DNA from: Ylistrum balloti
Lineage: Eukaryota
Length of the DNA stretch: 64,000 bases
Direction of reading: 5' to 3'
Assembly: GCF_031769215.1 (NCBI RefSeq)
Contig: NW_026782038.1
Location: 124,001 to 188,000, forward strand
Shown here: one piece after another, positions 23,721 through 37,000 of the stretch
Numbering within the stretch: position 1 is the first letter of the stretch
How the letters are laid out: the number at the start of each line of letters is the position of its first letter
Program-made: the position numbers and the translations under genes
The notes under the pieces: generated by a model
The model's input: the letters and a program-made list of their open reading frames with translations, nothing else
Database searches by the model: none
What the model was told of the DNA's origin: nothing

Positions 23721-26700
23721 CTTGATCCCTGTAATTAAAAACAAATTATTTATGCGTCTGATACTTTTTCAGTCAAGGTTAATCAAACGGGCAAAATCCT
23801 TTCTTCGAGTTCTTTTCTAGGTTAATGACATATTAAAACTGCATCATTGAAAATTAATTAATTCTTGTCTCGAAGGCATCTTGATACCCTATAAATGGTA
23901 ATTGAAATCACTTCTTTTAGCGTGATTTACATACCGTTGAGGATGTCTTTACCGGTAATAAGTAGTAAAATATAAATATTACTGGGGTCCTGTGACACAT
24001 GATACAGCATTTTATTAAAAAACAAACATTTTTAAAAATTAAACGATTTTTGTTACACGAGTTATGTATTTATAGGGAAAAAGTATTTTGAAAGAAAAAA
24101 AAAGATTTTTCTCAAGTATAATTTATAAGTATATACAAATCTCTAATCTGAGCTTCGATGTCTGGAATCGTTACCCGTCACTTCGTCACAGCACACCATT
24201 TCCATATGAATTATGCCTTCGTTTGCTATTACCTAATCGTGTCATAGATGAACGTCTTATGCATATCATTTTTAGGGTTATATAACATATCTTAGTTCTA
24301 TGAACTGAAAATCATTGTTGGGTTCTCCAATGTCCCATCAACAGATATCGGAAGAATCAACCCCGACTTCATAGATTGTACTACAATAAGTCACCTTATG
24401 AAATAGAGCAGACATGTGATAGTCTTTCTCTGAGGACCGATAAAAACAGCAAAAAAAAAACAAACAAGCCTATTAATATAGTTGTTATCTTATTAAGATT
24501 AAAGGACAGGTCTTGTTATCACACATTTTCTATTAAATATTGCATGCAATATTAGAATGCTTTCAATCTGGCAAATACCCGCAACAACAGTTTGAGTAGG
24601 AGTGTCAGAAAATTCACGACCACATCCGTAGCAAAATCACTTGACTCCTGGCTTCCATGATTAGAACTGAGAATGTAGGTACACATGTATATGTAAATAC
24701 CCTTATATGTTCTGCGAAATTGAAAACAATTACACAAATAGGAAACTTATTACCAGAATGACCTGTTGTGTTGACATTTCAACGGAACTTTCATATTTAT
24801 CACTTTTTATCCCTGATATGCCCGTGTGATACATGTACTGTTTCCCTTTGTCAAAAAGTGCACGGTCTGATATGTAGTTATTACCTACCCGAGCTGCTTG
24901 TGAGAAATGACACTGTTATTATGCAATAAAATTAATAAAATCGAAATTGGACCTAAAATGATTCAAAGAAAGACGGGTATGTGTGTTCCATAAGTCGATT
25001 GATTACGTTTTTTCCCCAATTTTCGATAATTTTAAAAGACCGTAAGCCGTGCATTGTTTTACAATCTACCCTACCCTGTTTGAATATAGACTCGTCTGTA
25101 ATCAATATTATCGACAAATTTACAAAATACCTCATTCTGATCAGAATTTTATCAGATATCTTAAACTCTGTTTGTTCTGGGTGTGAACAGACAGGTTTAT
25201 CAAGATCAAACAAGGCATATACATATGTACATTGTATCCAACGTTTCGACGTAACATGTCCTATATCTTCGGTGCAATCTACCTATTTTGGACCTTCAAT
25301 AGGTCTAAATAGCCAATGGGGCGTATTTTACAGTGAATATATAACATGTTTAAAACGAAAATGTGTGCATGGACACTTGTCTTAGTATTTTTCTATTTAT
25401 CATATGCGTAACTACCAGAACCCGGGGACTGGACTGTTACAATCCACTCTCCAGTTACCCCTGCGACTAACTGCAATGTCAGTTATATCCTAGCGACAGC
25501 GGTCACAGTTAATACGATTAGTCAGGTCTTTCATAACATTTATGAAGTTTCATGTATACTCAGAGATGTGACAGTATTTGATTAGTCAACTATTATTATC
25601 GATTTACGTAGCTGAGCCGCTTCGACAGTCGCAATTTCCGGTGACATTAATGATTGACCTCAGTAATCTACCAACGAAAGTCAATCTGTTAAAATGTTGG
25701 CAGTAATGTAGATAATATCTCCGTTATAATTTATTGTCGTTATATATGTTCCGTACCGTGTACGACCATATATTATTCTTCTCACCAGTGTATGTGTGAT
25801 GATAAAGAACACTTACCAGCTGAAAGTAGGTCACTGGTGTGGTAATCTGTGTACACTGTCTCAAGTTAAATCCACAACTGGGTACCGAGTACCGGATTGT
25901 ATGGCTTTTGACGAGTCATTGGTCGTTGGCATGCTATCAGGAATTACCTCAAGTCCAGTTATTGAGTACTCACTGCATACGATTTAAAATAAATAAAGTT
26001 ACGGATATGTGTTTACATCATTGATCAGCTGTCTTAGAGAGGTTAAGTGCAGTGGATAGCTGTACATATAAAAATGTTATAAATAAAACTTTGTAAAATG
26101 ACCTATTGTTTCACACTATACGCATGACGGAGCGAAATAAATTAATTTTAATTAATCTGAATCTAAAATTGAATGACATTGTTTACTCTCTCCGAACGAT
26201 AATGATATGAATTAGTGTTTGGTCGCTCCTATTTTATTTCAGTTTTTTAACGTTGTTAATAAAATTGTTGTGCAGATTTTAAAATTTCATAATTAACAGA
26301 AAATACACAATTTTAACAGTTATGAAAAGAATATCTAACCATTTAGTTCATTTAACAACAAAGTTTGAAGGCGATGTGACGTCTCTTTATCTATAGTATT
26401 ATGTATTTCTGCACATAATTACTCTTACACTAGTTTTATAAACAGTGCGTGCTCTTTCAGTTTGTTGTTGCAGTATAGGTGATTGCATAATAATTTACAT
26501 ACATGTACCTACATGCATGTAACAATAAATCAAAACAGAGAGGATATCCCTGAATTTCTTGTATTATAGGACACACCCAGAGACCGAATTATAATATAGA
26601 TTTTTCCACTAAAATACAGAAAGTATCAAATGTAATGTAAAAGATAAAAGCATTTACCTAGGACTCTAAACATTTACTTTTATTTCTGAATGACTTTGCA

Positions 26701-28650
26701 GATTGGCCATCTGTAGGTTCTATTATCACAAGCCTTGTGACATAAACAATCGCAGATTATATGTCTGTCAGTTATATATGGAGGAAGTACAATTACTTAC
26801 TACAGCAATATATATAAACAACGTGCTGTAATATAGAAAATACATCTTACAGTTTGCTTTGTAGTTATTGGTCTTTGGATTACACCCCATACCCACCCCT
26901 CTTACTTAAGGTGCATTATCTTAGTAGTAAGCACATAAACTCTGGATATTTTTTTAGTTCATCACAACATCACAGTACCACAGTATACTATACCTGACTA
27001 GATTGGATGGTCATCGATCGAAGTCAAATGTCATCCTTGATCACTTTTAAAATGTGTAAAAATATATCCATGAACCTCTCAACGAACTTAATTCATGCTC
27101 ATATCATTAAATTACACCATTAAGTTCTGGGGGGTCCATGAATTCGGGTTAGAGGCGCGCAATATATTCAAAACTGCAAAATCAGATTTAAGGAGCACCC
27201 TCAACCTCCCAAGAGCCGAGAGCGAGAGAAGGGATCTCAACTTTACTTTCCTCTGACGATCATGCAATGCAAGTACAAGCCTGCGAACAATGAACAAATT
27301 ATTCGAAAAAAATATATGTTCATACACATCAACAAAGAATGAAGATGTCTTAAAGAATTTATTTTAATTGCGAGTAGTGCTGTTCGGAAAAAACTGTTTG
27401 AAAGATTAATCTGTGCTATTATAAAACATGTATTCGACAGGATTTCGTGACTACGCAACACGCGTTAACAGCGAAAAGGTAGACCGACCGCCAGAAACGA
27501 TTTGTCACTACGGTCACAGAGTTCTGGTGGTTTTAAAGTTACAATGGTAAAAAGAATGTTCCGTTGTGTCATATTTTTTTCTGTTCCCGTCTAGACAAAT
27601 AGGAATATCAAGTTCTAATGCATATGCTAATCTTGTAGACACAATGTTCTTTTAATCAAGAACGAATCGAAAAAATCGGGCAGCGTGTTGAAAAGTCACG
27701 TGTTCATATCCGTACTTTCTTGGCGACAACCATTAATTAGATATTTCTTTCAGATATTGGTATAAGTGATTTTGGCTTATGGAATAAGTAAATCTAAAAA
27801 GTATTATATTTTTGCTAGGGCCATATTTAAATTCATCAATTTGCTAAATAGAGTAATTTTATTAAGTAGTGTAAGGAACATTGTTATCAAGATGCCTGGT
27901 CGAATATCTGCAAGCCAGCGAAAGATATGTTAACATTTTATTCAGTTTTTAAACGATTCGTCAATACTTCGAGTACCACCATTTTGTTATGCATTTTTTT
28001 ATTCTGCGCTGTAGGGTTGATAAACTCAGTTTTACTTCCAACATATTGAAATGCTTAAAAATCCTTTTTTTTTAAATCATACCAAAAAATGTCACCTATA
28101 GACTTCATTCCTTCGATGTCGTGTTTTATTTATCGGTTGAGAGTGGTTTCAAGGCTGTTTATTCTCGAACCGGTCAAGGTCAGGCGCGAGTATGAGGTGA
28201 TCACTGTTTGATTTAGTGGGAGATTAATATGAGAACCTAACCTACTTAACCTTAAGGTTTACTGATCGTCACAGAACAGAACGGAACTTCTTCGTATACT
28301 CTGTAAGGATATCAGTGAATATGCTGACACAGAAATGACTAACGTCACGCTGCATTACTACTCCTAGCATGGTTAGGCAGTTATACATACTCCAATATAT
28401 GTATGGAATTTGACACTTGCATCAATGGAATAGTTATGTGAAACAATTGTATAAGAAATACGAAATAAGAAATTATCAAAAAAAGATGTTTCTACTGGCA
28501 TTATGAAAGATTAAAACCATTACCCATTTCAATTGTAAAACAGACTTTAAGATAACACAAAATTAAACTTAAACGAATAATCCACAGACGATCGATTTTT
28601 TTTTTTTTTTTTTTTTCATGTAGAAGTTTTTCTCAATTTCACATCCATTT

Positions 28651-29229
28651 AGGTTTACTCGGCTCAAGTAAAGACATGTCAGAACCTTAAATCAATATAA
28701 GCTGTCAATGCTTCACTTTAACACTATGAAAGAGGTAAATATCGAGAAACAAGTGTTTATCGGCAATCTAGATTATGACCCGATAAATGTATACACACCA
28801 GTAACACAAATTGTTTTCCCTATACTTCACGTATTCAATGCTGCGATACCTTATATAAAAAGAGCAACAAAAATTACCAATATTTCAACAATCCGCAGTT
28901 TTTCAATGAATACTTCGAGTATAATAGTTTGGTTAAATATTGTTAATGTGAAAGATATCAGATCTGCAGGGTTGACAAATCCCGTTTTACTTACAATTAA
29001 GTTTACCCGGGGCTAGTAAGGACATGTCAGAGCCTTAAATCAATATAGACTGTCAATGACTCACTTTCTTACTGTGGCAAATGCAAACCTCGAGAGACAA
29101 GTGTTCAACAGCGATCTTGATTTTGACCCCATAAATTTATGCATACTTGTATTACAAAATTCTTTCATCCTATACAACAGGTATTCAATGCCGCGATACC
29201 TTATATGAAAAGAGCAACAGGAAAATACC
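28651..29229. repeat. Two diverged ~230-bp direct repeats (28651-28877, 28999-29229); third copy at 38120-38290
   Basis: Shared blocks GTTTAC..GACATG.CAGA, CGAGA.ACAAGTGTT and ATCT.GATT.TGACCC.ATAAAT. Confidence 0.85.
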
Positions 29230-29559
29230 AACATGTCAACATATTCATATTACAAACACTCAAAGCACAAGGAGAATCAGAACATGTGTTCCAGAAGAGT
29301 TAGTTTCATCGACGACGCACGCTATGTAAATCATGGTTAATCCAAGAAAGTAGAGTCACGTTCTCAAATAAGAACAATGTATACAACAACGGAACCAACA
29401 TGAAAAACCTAATGAGCATCACACACGTCCATATTTATGTCACACAAAGAAATAGAATATTTTTTCAATGAAATCACTATGATGACCTTAAAACTTCGCC
29501 ATAATTGTCAGCAAGCAGCATATTTTGAAACCCTGTGTTACGGGTCCATCAGCTGACGA

Positions 29560-30250
29560 TAATAGTAATAGGTCCTGGAATATCGAATCAACTGCGACAT
29601 GCAATCACCAGAGGATGGAGATGCAAGGATGATGCTATCAATTAATATTGAAATCAATACGCTAATCATTCAGCTTGGCAGAAAGATGTCCATGTTGGTT
29701 TCATTGTAAATCAAGATCGAGATAAGTGACCGAAGTGGCTTTCCAAATCTGGTAGGCACATATGGTGGAAGTAAAAAATAAATATAATAAAATAAAATAT
29801 ATCTAGAAGTGAAATGAAAAGACTTTGCAAGGCCTTTATGCCATTTTAATTAGCTCTTCGATAAATTCAGCCTCTTATGAAAGAAAAAAAGATCAACCAC
29901 AGAGGGGCACAGTTAGTTCCCAATGTGTGCCAATTGTCTGTTGGAATATCTTACCACAAAACTCGACGAAAATGTTGCCGACGTGAAACTCGATCAGTAT
30001 TATGATTTCGTCACCCATTTATTTCTTCTTTGAGTTGGACATATTTTTCATGAAATACGCTTTAGTATAGTTCATAACCATATATTTGTACCGCCATTCA
30101 TCTTTCTTGAGGAATAAAGATCTAATAACGAGAAAACGTATGACAAGAACCAGCAATATATAGTTGTTTTATATGGTTTCTTGTCACGTAGATACTGAAG
30201 CATGATAAGCAAGTTTTTCTTCGTTACTCAATGTATAGGTGCGGTTTCCT
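29560..30250 (-). mobile_element. Decayed Penelope-like element reverse transcriptase (Naiad/Chlamys-like)
   Basis: RYKYMVMNYTKAYF, NIFVEFCGKIFQQTIG..GTNCAPL, EAEFIEEL, SVTYLDLDL and MSQLIRYSR occur in order, with stops and frameshifts. Confidence 0.85.
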
Positions 30251-31256
30251 TCTTTAACAAGCAAATCTAATCATTTTTGTGTACAGGAAATGTATTTAAT
30301 GTCTGCAGACAAGGATCCAAATATTGCGCGCGTTGTCTGCAGGCACTATGACATAGCTGACATGTAGATCTTGAAATGTACATTTTCTATCTGTAAATTC
30401 CTCTAAGAGAAAAGGACAGAATAAAAGTGAACTCAATGAAGCATATTTTCGATTCTTCCCTTCTCTTTCATGTGTTTTAATGGACTCCCTTATTAACTTG
30501 AAATTCCAATTCCAATTAACGGACGGGGTTTCACGGTATGTAGGACACTTCATGAAAAATTCAAGTCACCAGTAACTATGTGCCCAGTTGGACTGTAGTT
30601 ATAAGTAGAGATAGAACAAGAAAAAATGTGACGGTAAAGTTCTCCTTAGGTCTTGTACATTCAGTTATTGCAGGGTGTGGTTATAGCTGAACAGTTTGAA
30701 TGCAATGGGCTTGAAGTTAATGTGGGAAATTACAGGGATATTTCTGCCTTGGGAGTATTATGAAATGTTAGCTTCAACAGACCCCTTGTGCAAAATATTG
30801 CTGATGTTTATCTAATTAAAATGCGATGGAGGAATTCCACTTCTAATATCTGGTTCACAGATTCATATAACAAGTTTGAAATATTGGAAAGTGGGGAAAA
30901 ACTGTAAAATCAAAGCTTTGTTTAGGTTTGTTAGACAAAGCTAATGTTAAAATAAAAATGGTGAGCGTGTAAGCGAAATTTAGCGGTAAAATGAATCGTT
31001 ATTCAGCGTGTCACACTCCAAGGTCAAATCACATTCATTGTCTATGTATATACTATTTCAAAACGTCACTTTCCATATTATGTTATGCTGTGCCTGTCAT
31101 ATGAGTTACATAATTTACAGATATTCGGACATTTTATGACCACATTACAACAATTTATGGAGGAGCATAAGGACCACGCAGAGAAAAAAACAATTTCGTT
31201 TTTTAGTGTTAACAACTTGAAACTTGAAAACAGGCTCGAAACTCAGCTTACACTAT

Positions 31257-31437
31257 CTGGCCCCAGTTTCACGAATCTTCCTCAAAGAAATCTTAACTAC
31301 TATAAAAGAGCATTACATAAGTTTAGGCAAAGCTTAAGTCTAAGACAAATTCCTTAACTTGCGTAATGTTTTCTATGGCCAATCGTAAGTTAAGGAAAAT
31401 CCCTTAAGTTACGGAAGATCCATGAGAGTGGGGCCAG
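31257..31437. mobile_element. 181-bp MITE with 25-bp terminal inverted repeats
   Basis: CTGGCCCCAGTTTCACGAATCTTCC versus the reverse complement of the right end (21/25 match). Internal inverted pair TCCTTAACTTGCG / CGTAAGTTAAGGA. No clean TSD. Confidence 0.7.
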
Positions 31438-31917
31438 GTTACATTGTCGTGACAGTAGAATGATTGCTGATGAAACGACATACATGTATTTACAACATTG
31501 CCTCTATTTTTCGTATTTTAGGGTTAATAAAATGTTCGCAAGTTACACAAAATATCAAGATTATCATGTTTATATACGGTTCTATAATACATTATGCCTT
31601 AAGTCAATTGTCTGTTTAAAGGCTTATTTTCCTGTGAAACTACACAGTTACAGAGTTAAAATATTTTCATCATGATATCAAAAGAAGATCACAGTATTTT
31701 TATATTAGTATTTCATGCTTTAATTTCTCCGCTACAGTAAATGATAGAGCGTTCTGTTATAAAACAAATATATTTCGACAGTCTACAAAGAAAGTTTACT
31801 GGTGTATGAAATGGCACTGTTAATATGAAAACGAACTACCATAATGATAAACATGCCTCCCCACAACACATAAATCATAAATAACATGATCTTTATTTTC
31901 AATACTTGGTTATTAAA

Positions 31918-32121
31918 GATTCACATGGTTTAACTTGATTTCTCTACTAACTACGAGACCCCAAGCTCAGTTATAACACTTACTAGGATTTCACACGATA
32001 TAGCTTGAGTTCACTTCTCACTACAAGATATAAAGTTCAGTTGCAACATTTTCTAGGAATTCACACATAATAACATGATTTCACCTCATACAAAAACAAC
32101 CTAAAGTTCAGTCTTAACACT
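31918..32121 (-). repeat. Three degenerate 70-71-bp units, the first overlapping the KTEL-stop codons of copy 5
   Basis: AAG(T/C)TCAG anchors at 31963, 32033 and 32104, each preceded by an ATTCACA/TTTCACA block. Confidence 0.75.
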
Positions 32122-32275
32122 CTTGCTAAGCTTATTCGGGATATCCTCAAGCAGCAATTTCATGCGCTTTGCAAAAACGTTTTGTTCCATGACAGGTTCT
32201 ATATTCAAATTCATGTAGTTATGTTCGTTTGGACCAAAGGTCTTCCAGTGAACGAGGCCCTCGCCATTAGGATTT
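32101..32275 (-). CDS. Carboxylesterase copy 5, terminal exon (KTEL)
   Basis: Acceptor TTTCAG; 175 nt; NPNGEGLVHW...SVKTEL-TAG. Confidence 0.92.
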
Positions 32276-32527
32276 CTGAAAACAGGCAATGTATATGTTT
32301 AGTCCAAGCTGACGTATGAACTGTGGCAGTACAAGAAATTAAGAAATTATAATTAGGAAAAAGCAAAGCATCAGTGTTATGTGCCAGTAGTTGAGTTCAC
32401 TTCAATATCTTGCAACAGGTCAAAGATCAATAACTATATATTGTATTTGGTAATTTATGTGTGAAATGTTTAAATATGATATTTATGTAAAAAGTCTAGA
32501 TATACTAAAAAAGACCTTAAAACCTAC

Positions 32528-34068
32528 CCATTTTTAGCAAAGTTGGTCCAGTAGTTCACAAGAATTTCTGTCAGCGCTCGTCCCTCTGTACTGGATAATG
32601 ATTCGTCGAACTGATTCAATGTTCCCGGACCAAAAAGGAACAATAGTTCAACTCCGTGTCCAGCCCCTCTAGACCATGGAAAACTGGGAATTATAAAGGG
32701 AAATGTAATATCCTTTGTAAACAAGTATTGGTATGTATTCGAACTAGTCTTTCCTCTTGAATGGAAATCCAGTAATTGTTTAGTTGGAGCCACAAAAGCA
32801 GTGTCAGCAAACAAATTTGATATGCTTCTGGATTGCTCTTTGATGTTTTCTTCACTATACGCTTTACATAGCATTTCCGGTACAATGGTTTCATCGCTGT
32901 ATGCTTGTCTGGCAAACGCAGGGGCTAAATCCTCACACAATACAACAGTTGGAATACCTTCTGATAAATTGAAGTTCCTGGACTCCTGCAGCTGCATGAT
33001 AAGGAATGGCAAAATTGAACCTTCATTGTCCGTCGTTCCTGACATCACATCAAGAGATCGAAAGAAAACAGATTCTTTAGATGTCAAATCCTCCAAGCTT
33101 TTGTAAGGACTTCTAACGAGCAATTCTCCGTCAACAAGTGGCCACAACAGCGGAGCCACTTTTAAAACTCCAAAGTCCGTTGTACTAGGGTCACTCTGGG
33201 CTTTAAATAAATCTTCAGCAGATTTTTCCTTCAGACAACCTACAAGAGCTTTCTTGTCAACAGTCGAGTCGTTTTCAGTGATACATCCAACATAGCTACC
33301 AACTCTCTTGGTAAGTCTGAATGGATCATGTACATCCCAAAACTCACTAACTGAAGCTCCACTCTGGCTAATTACGCGTTTAAATAGTCCTTCATTGCTT
33401 GGAATAACTGATAAATAGGAAACAGCGAAGCCTCCTGCCGATTCTCCGAAAATGGTAACCGATTCAGGGTCGCCTCCGAATGATGCTATGTTTTTATTTA
33501 CCCATTTCAGTGCTTCTATCATATCCCATAGTCCATAGTTACCTGGTAGGGCGGCATCTCCTGTGCTTAGAAATCCGAAAACTCCGAGACGGTAGTTAAT
33601 ACTGACCACAATGACATCTTTGAGTACTAAAAACGACGGATCCAGGAACCAGCTATTTCCTATCTGAAAACCTCCGCCGTGAATCCAAAACATGACGGAC
33701 TTTTTCTCTGATGTTGAAACCGCCCCTGGCACATATATGTTAAGTTGAAGGCAGTCTTCTGAAGTAATGTTATTTTCTGCCCTTTCCCACATCTCTGGTA
33801 AAGAGTGACTATCTTGTATACATGAAGGTCCGAAAACAGTGCCGTCTAAAGTTTCCTTCCATGGTTCAATGGGAACAGTCTTCTCAAATCGAAGGTTGCC
33901 CAAGGGAGGTTTAGCATAAGGAATATTCCGGAACTGAACTATATCCTGTCCGAGAGTAGGAACAACAATGCCTTTGATTGGACCGGAAGGAGTGTTGACT
34001 ACCGGGAAAGACTGGGAGGTAGCCCCAGCTAGCAATGATGCAAGCCATACAATCTGGTATACAGCCAT
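32528..34068 (-). CDS. Carboxylesterase/cholinesterase-like copy 5, large exon (571 aa spliced)
   Basis: First ATG at 34068 (MAVYQIV...) after acceptor TTTTTTTCTGCAG. Motifs HGGGF, FGESAGG, GTTDNEG, GAGHGVEL. Donor GG|GTAGGT. Confidence 0.95.
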
Positions 34069-37000
34069 GGTCGTCACTATGTGTATTCTGCAGAAAAAAA
34101 AAGCGATTTCTGTTTCCGATTGACTGTATCAAATGCAGTTAAATCTAAGGTAGTAAATATCTTCCTATGCTTATCAAGTCTGTTGTTCTGGAGTTATTTG
34201 AGAAATCAATATTGTCTTGTTAACTTTTCACAGGTAAACAATATCACATTTTCGTGAAAAAAACCTTTGCAGGCTTACATGAATGAAAAGGGACAACAAA
34301 TCAGCTTATACAATTGACAAACCCGGGGTACAAAACCAGAATCTTGGAGGTGTCATTTACAAGTAACACTACGTTCCATGATACAATTTCATTTCCATCG
34401 GCGTAAGCAAACAATGCATTTCAAATTACTTTATCAGATGTCTAACTCAATCCTCAGCCGGAGCTAGACAGTGGAGCAGTGGACATCGACAGCTAGGTTT
34501 CCGCCATATTTTCAGCCGCGGAGTAACTTGAAGTTTAACTCTCTCTGAACGCTTTACATCATTACGTCTGTTAGTGACGCGAATAAGTAACATTTTCTAT
34601 GTGAATATGAAAATAAATTTCCATCGCACTGCGAAGTTATAATGAGTGAGTAGTGCCCGCGAAAAGCCTAGTCAGCTTCCTTGTTTTATAAGTATTCTAA
34701 ATATGTCAGTAATTTAGCTACATGTATTTTGCTTGTGAAAGTGTAATAAATAGAATATTCAGTAGTGTCGTCAGTAGTTACAAATATCTTTCACTGGTGT
34801 GTTTAGTATTTTTAGTATATCTGACGTAAAAGATACTAAAATATTAAAATGTGAAATATATTTGTTATTACTGAAGACACGATTATGTATCCTCAATACC
34901 TAGTGTCAGCAGAATCAGGGACACTGCTATAAAACACACATACAGTACACACGTAATAAAATGCCGTCTACATAAAATACACGCATTTATTGCAAGCAGA
35001 AAGATATCAACATAAACAAGATAATGTCTGTGTCACTGTTGCATAAAGCGCTACATTCTAATGCGTCTGTATCGGTTGAGCTCCTTATGTTGAGTCACTA
35101 GGTGGCTGTGAACGTCATTAAACAATACCATAATATTCAAAGCCGTTTTTCTATACTGGTTTTTTTAATTGTAAAATGTATAAATCATATTGCTTACCTC
35201 TGTTGCCGTAGTACCCCACTCTTCTTTTATCTGGGTGTTGAACTATGGATATCTGCTTTTATCTACAGTTAACTAAATCACCACACGCGTATGTACACTG
35301 TAGCAAAGGTATGTTGTGTTAGGAGCGCTGCGTGATTTGATCAATCAGAGCAAATCTCACGCACACTTTAATCGAATAGCTTATTCATACTACTCGTATC
35401 GTACGATATGTTACTGCACATCAAAATATTTAATATAAAATTCCAAAATTGTATAGTTTTTGATAATACCTTTTAAAAGCGGTTTATAAGAAATTTAACC
35501 AGTTCGTTTCATTTGAAAACGTAAGCACATATAAAGCACGGGATCTAACTCAAAGACAACCTGTGCTAGAAATAGCAAGCGACATGTAAGACCTATGTAT
35601 AGACAAACTGGCGTATCACGGTATATGAGTAACACTAATTGTTGTCTGGAGATGGTCGTATGTAGTATGCGTACACCTACATCGCTACCACGAGCAACCC
35701 CGACGGTTTTCGTAAAGGGAAGACGAATTATCTTTCCGACTACTCAATATGAAGTAATGATGATACCACATGTTGTAGGAAGAGGGGAAGACAGAAATGA
35801 GGTCAAAAGAAAGAAATGTCTGTGTTATCAACTAAGGAATAATTACAACCTTATAACTTGTATCACAGTGATAGAATGCTTTGTTTTAATTGCTTTTCTA
35901 TCAAGTGTTCTAAAAATTGAAACAAAAATAAATTCTAACTATAATAGCACTCATGGCAGTATACAATGAAATGCCGTTATCGGAGGACATGTGATAATGA
36001 ATTGGTGACATGTAACCATTTTTACATACATTGTCGAAGTGCTAAAGGGTTAACGCCGATCTGTTACATATAGAAAGATAAAGACGGCCGTAACAAATCA
36101 GAAATGGAACCCTTCGCACAACAAATTGATATCATTAAGAGGATATTTGTGTTATATTTCGTGTTTTGACAGATTCGTGAAACTTTTTAAACTAACATAT
36201 TGGTTTCAATCATTTATTGATGATGACTGAATTACAAAATTGTATTGTTTGATGTGCATTGCGTATGTTATTCAGTTGATATTTCCTCCTGATAATGTTC
36301 AGAGTGCATATTTCCTTAGCAATCCTTCGCCGACTCAGCAAAATCAAGATAAACATCATTCATTTACTCGTTGGTTTGAAATGGCCCATGTGACGCAGTA
36401 TATTGTTCTTGAAAGTTGTATCAAAACTAACAGAAAACGTGATAAATCTTCTAATGATTAAGACTGGTTCTCGCTCTCAATATATGTTTTCCCATAATGA
36501 CTGAACAACAACACCAAAATATCAATAGAATCTTGATTCAAGCTCAATGAACTATGAACTAGATTTACAAGAAGGCTCCTGAAGTAATACACGTAGAATA
36601 CAACAGATATTCCTGGGGGTAAAAGTCTCCTGCTTTATCGACGACATGTCGTATAAGCCATGGTCAATTAATGGAATTGATGTCACCAAATGAGATAAAG
36701 GTAAAACTGTTAAAAAGCCACAATGAAACCAACATGCATATTAACGATTATCAACCACATTTAACTTAATATCACACAAAGAAATAGAATGTGGTCTTTA
36801 TGACGATCATAAAACTTCCCTATATTCATCATCAACCTGCATCTCTCGAAAGTCTGCGTTTAGAGTTTATCACATCTTGGCGGATTTGTTGCATGGTTGG
36901 TAAATATGATATAGACATAGTCAATATGTATTCAAAATTTCAAAAAATTCAAAATATATAACATAGCTCATTTTTTATTTATTCCATATTGACCAGAAAC

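Noticed and set aside
27189-28120. Possible Kolobok-type MITE starting TTAAGG (similar start at 12363)
   Set aside because: The matching inverted terminus could not be identified convincingly.
35595-35969. 124-aa ORF with a basic cluster followed by a hydrophobic stretch
   Set aside because: No recognisable family motif or flanking exon structure.
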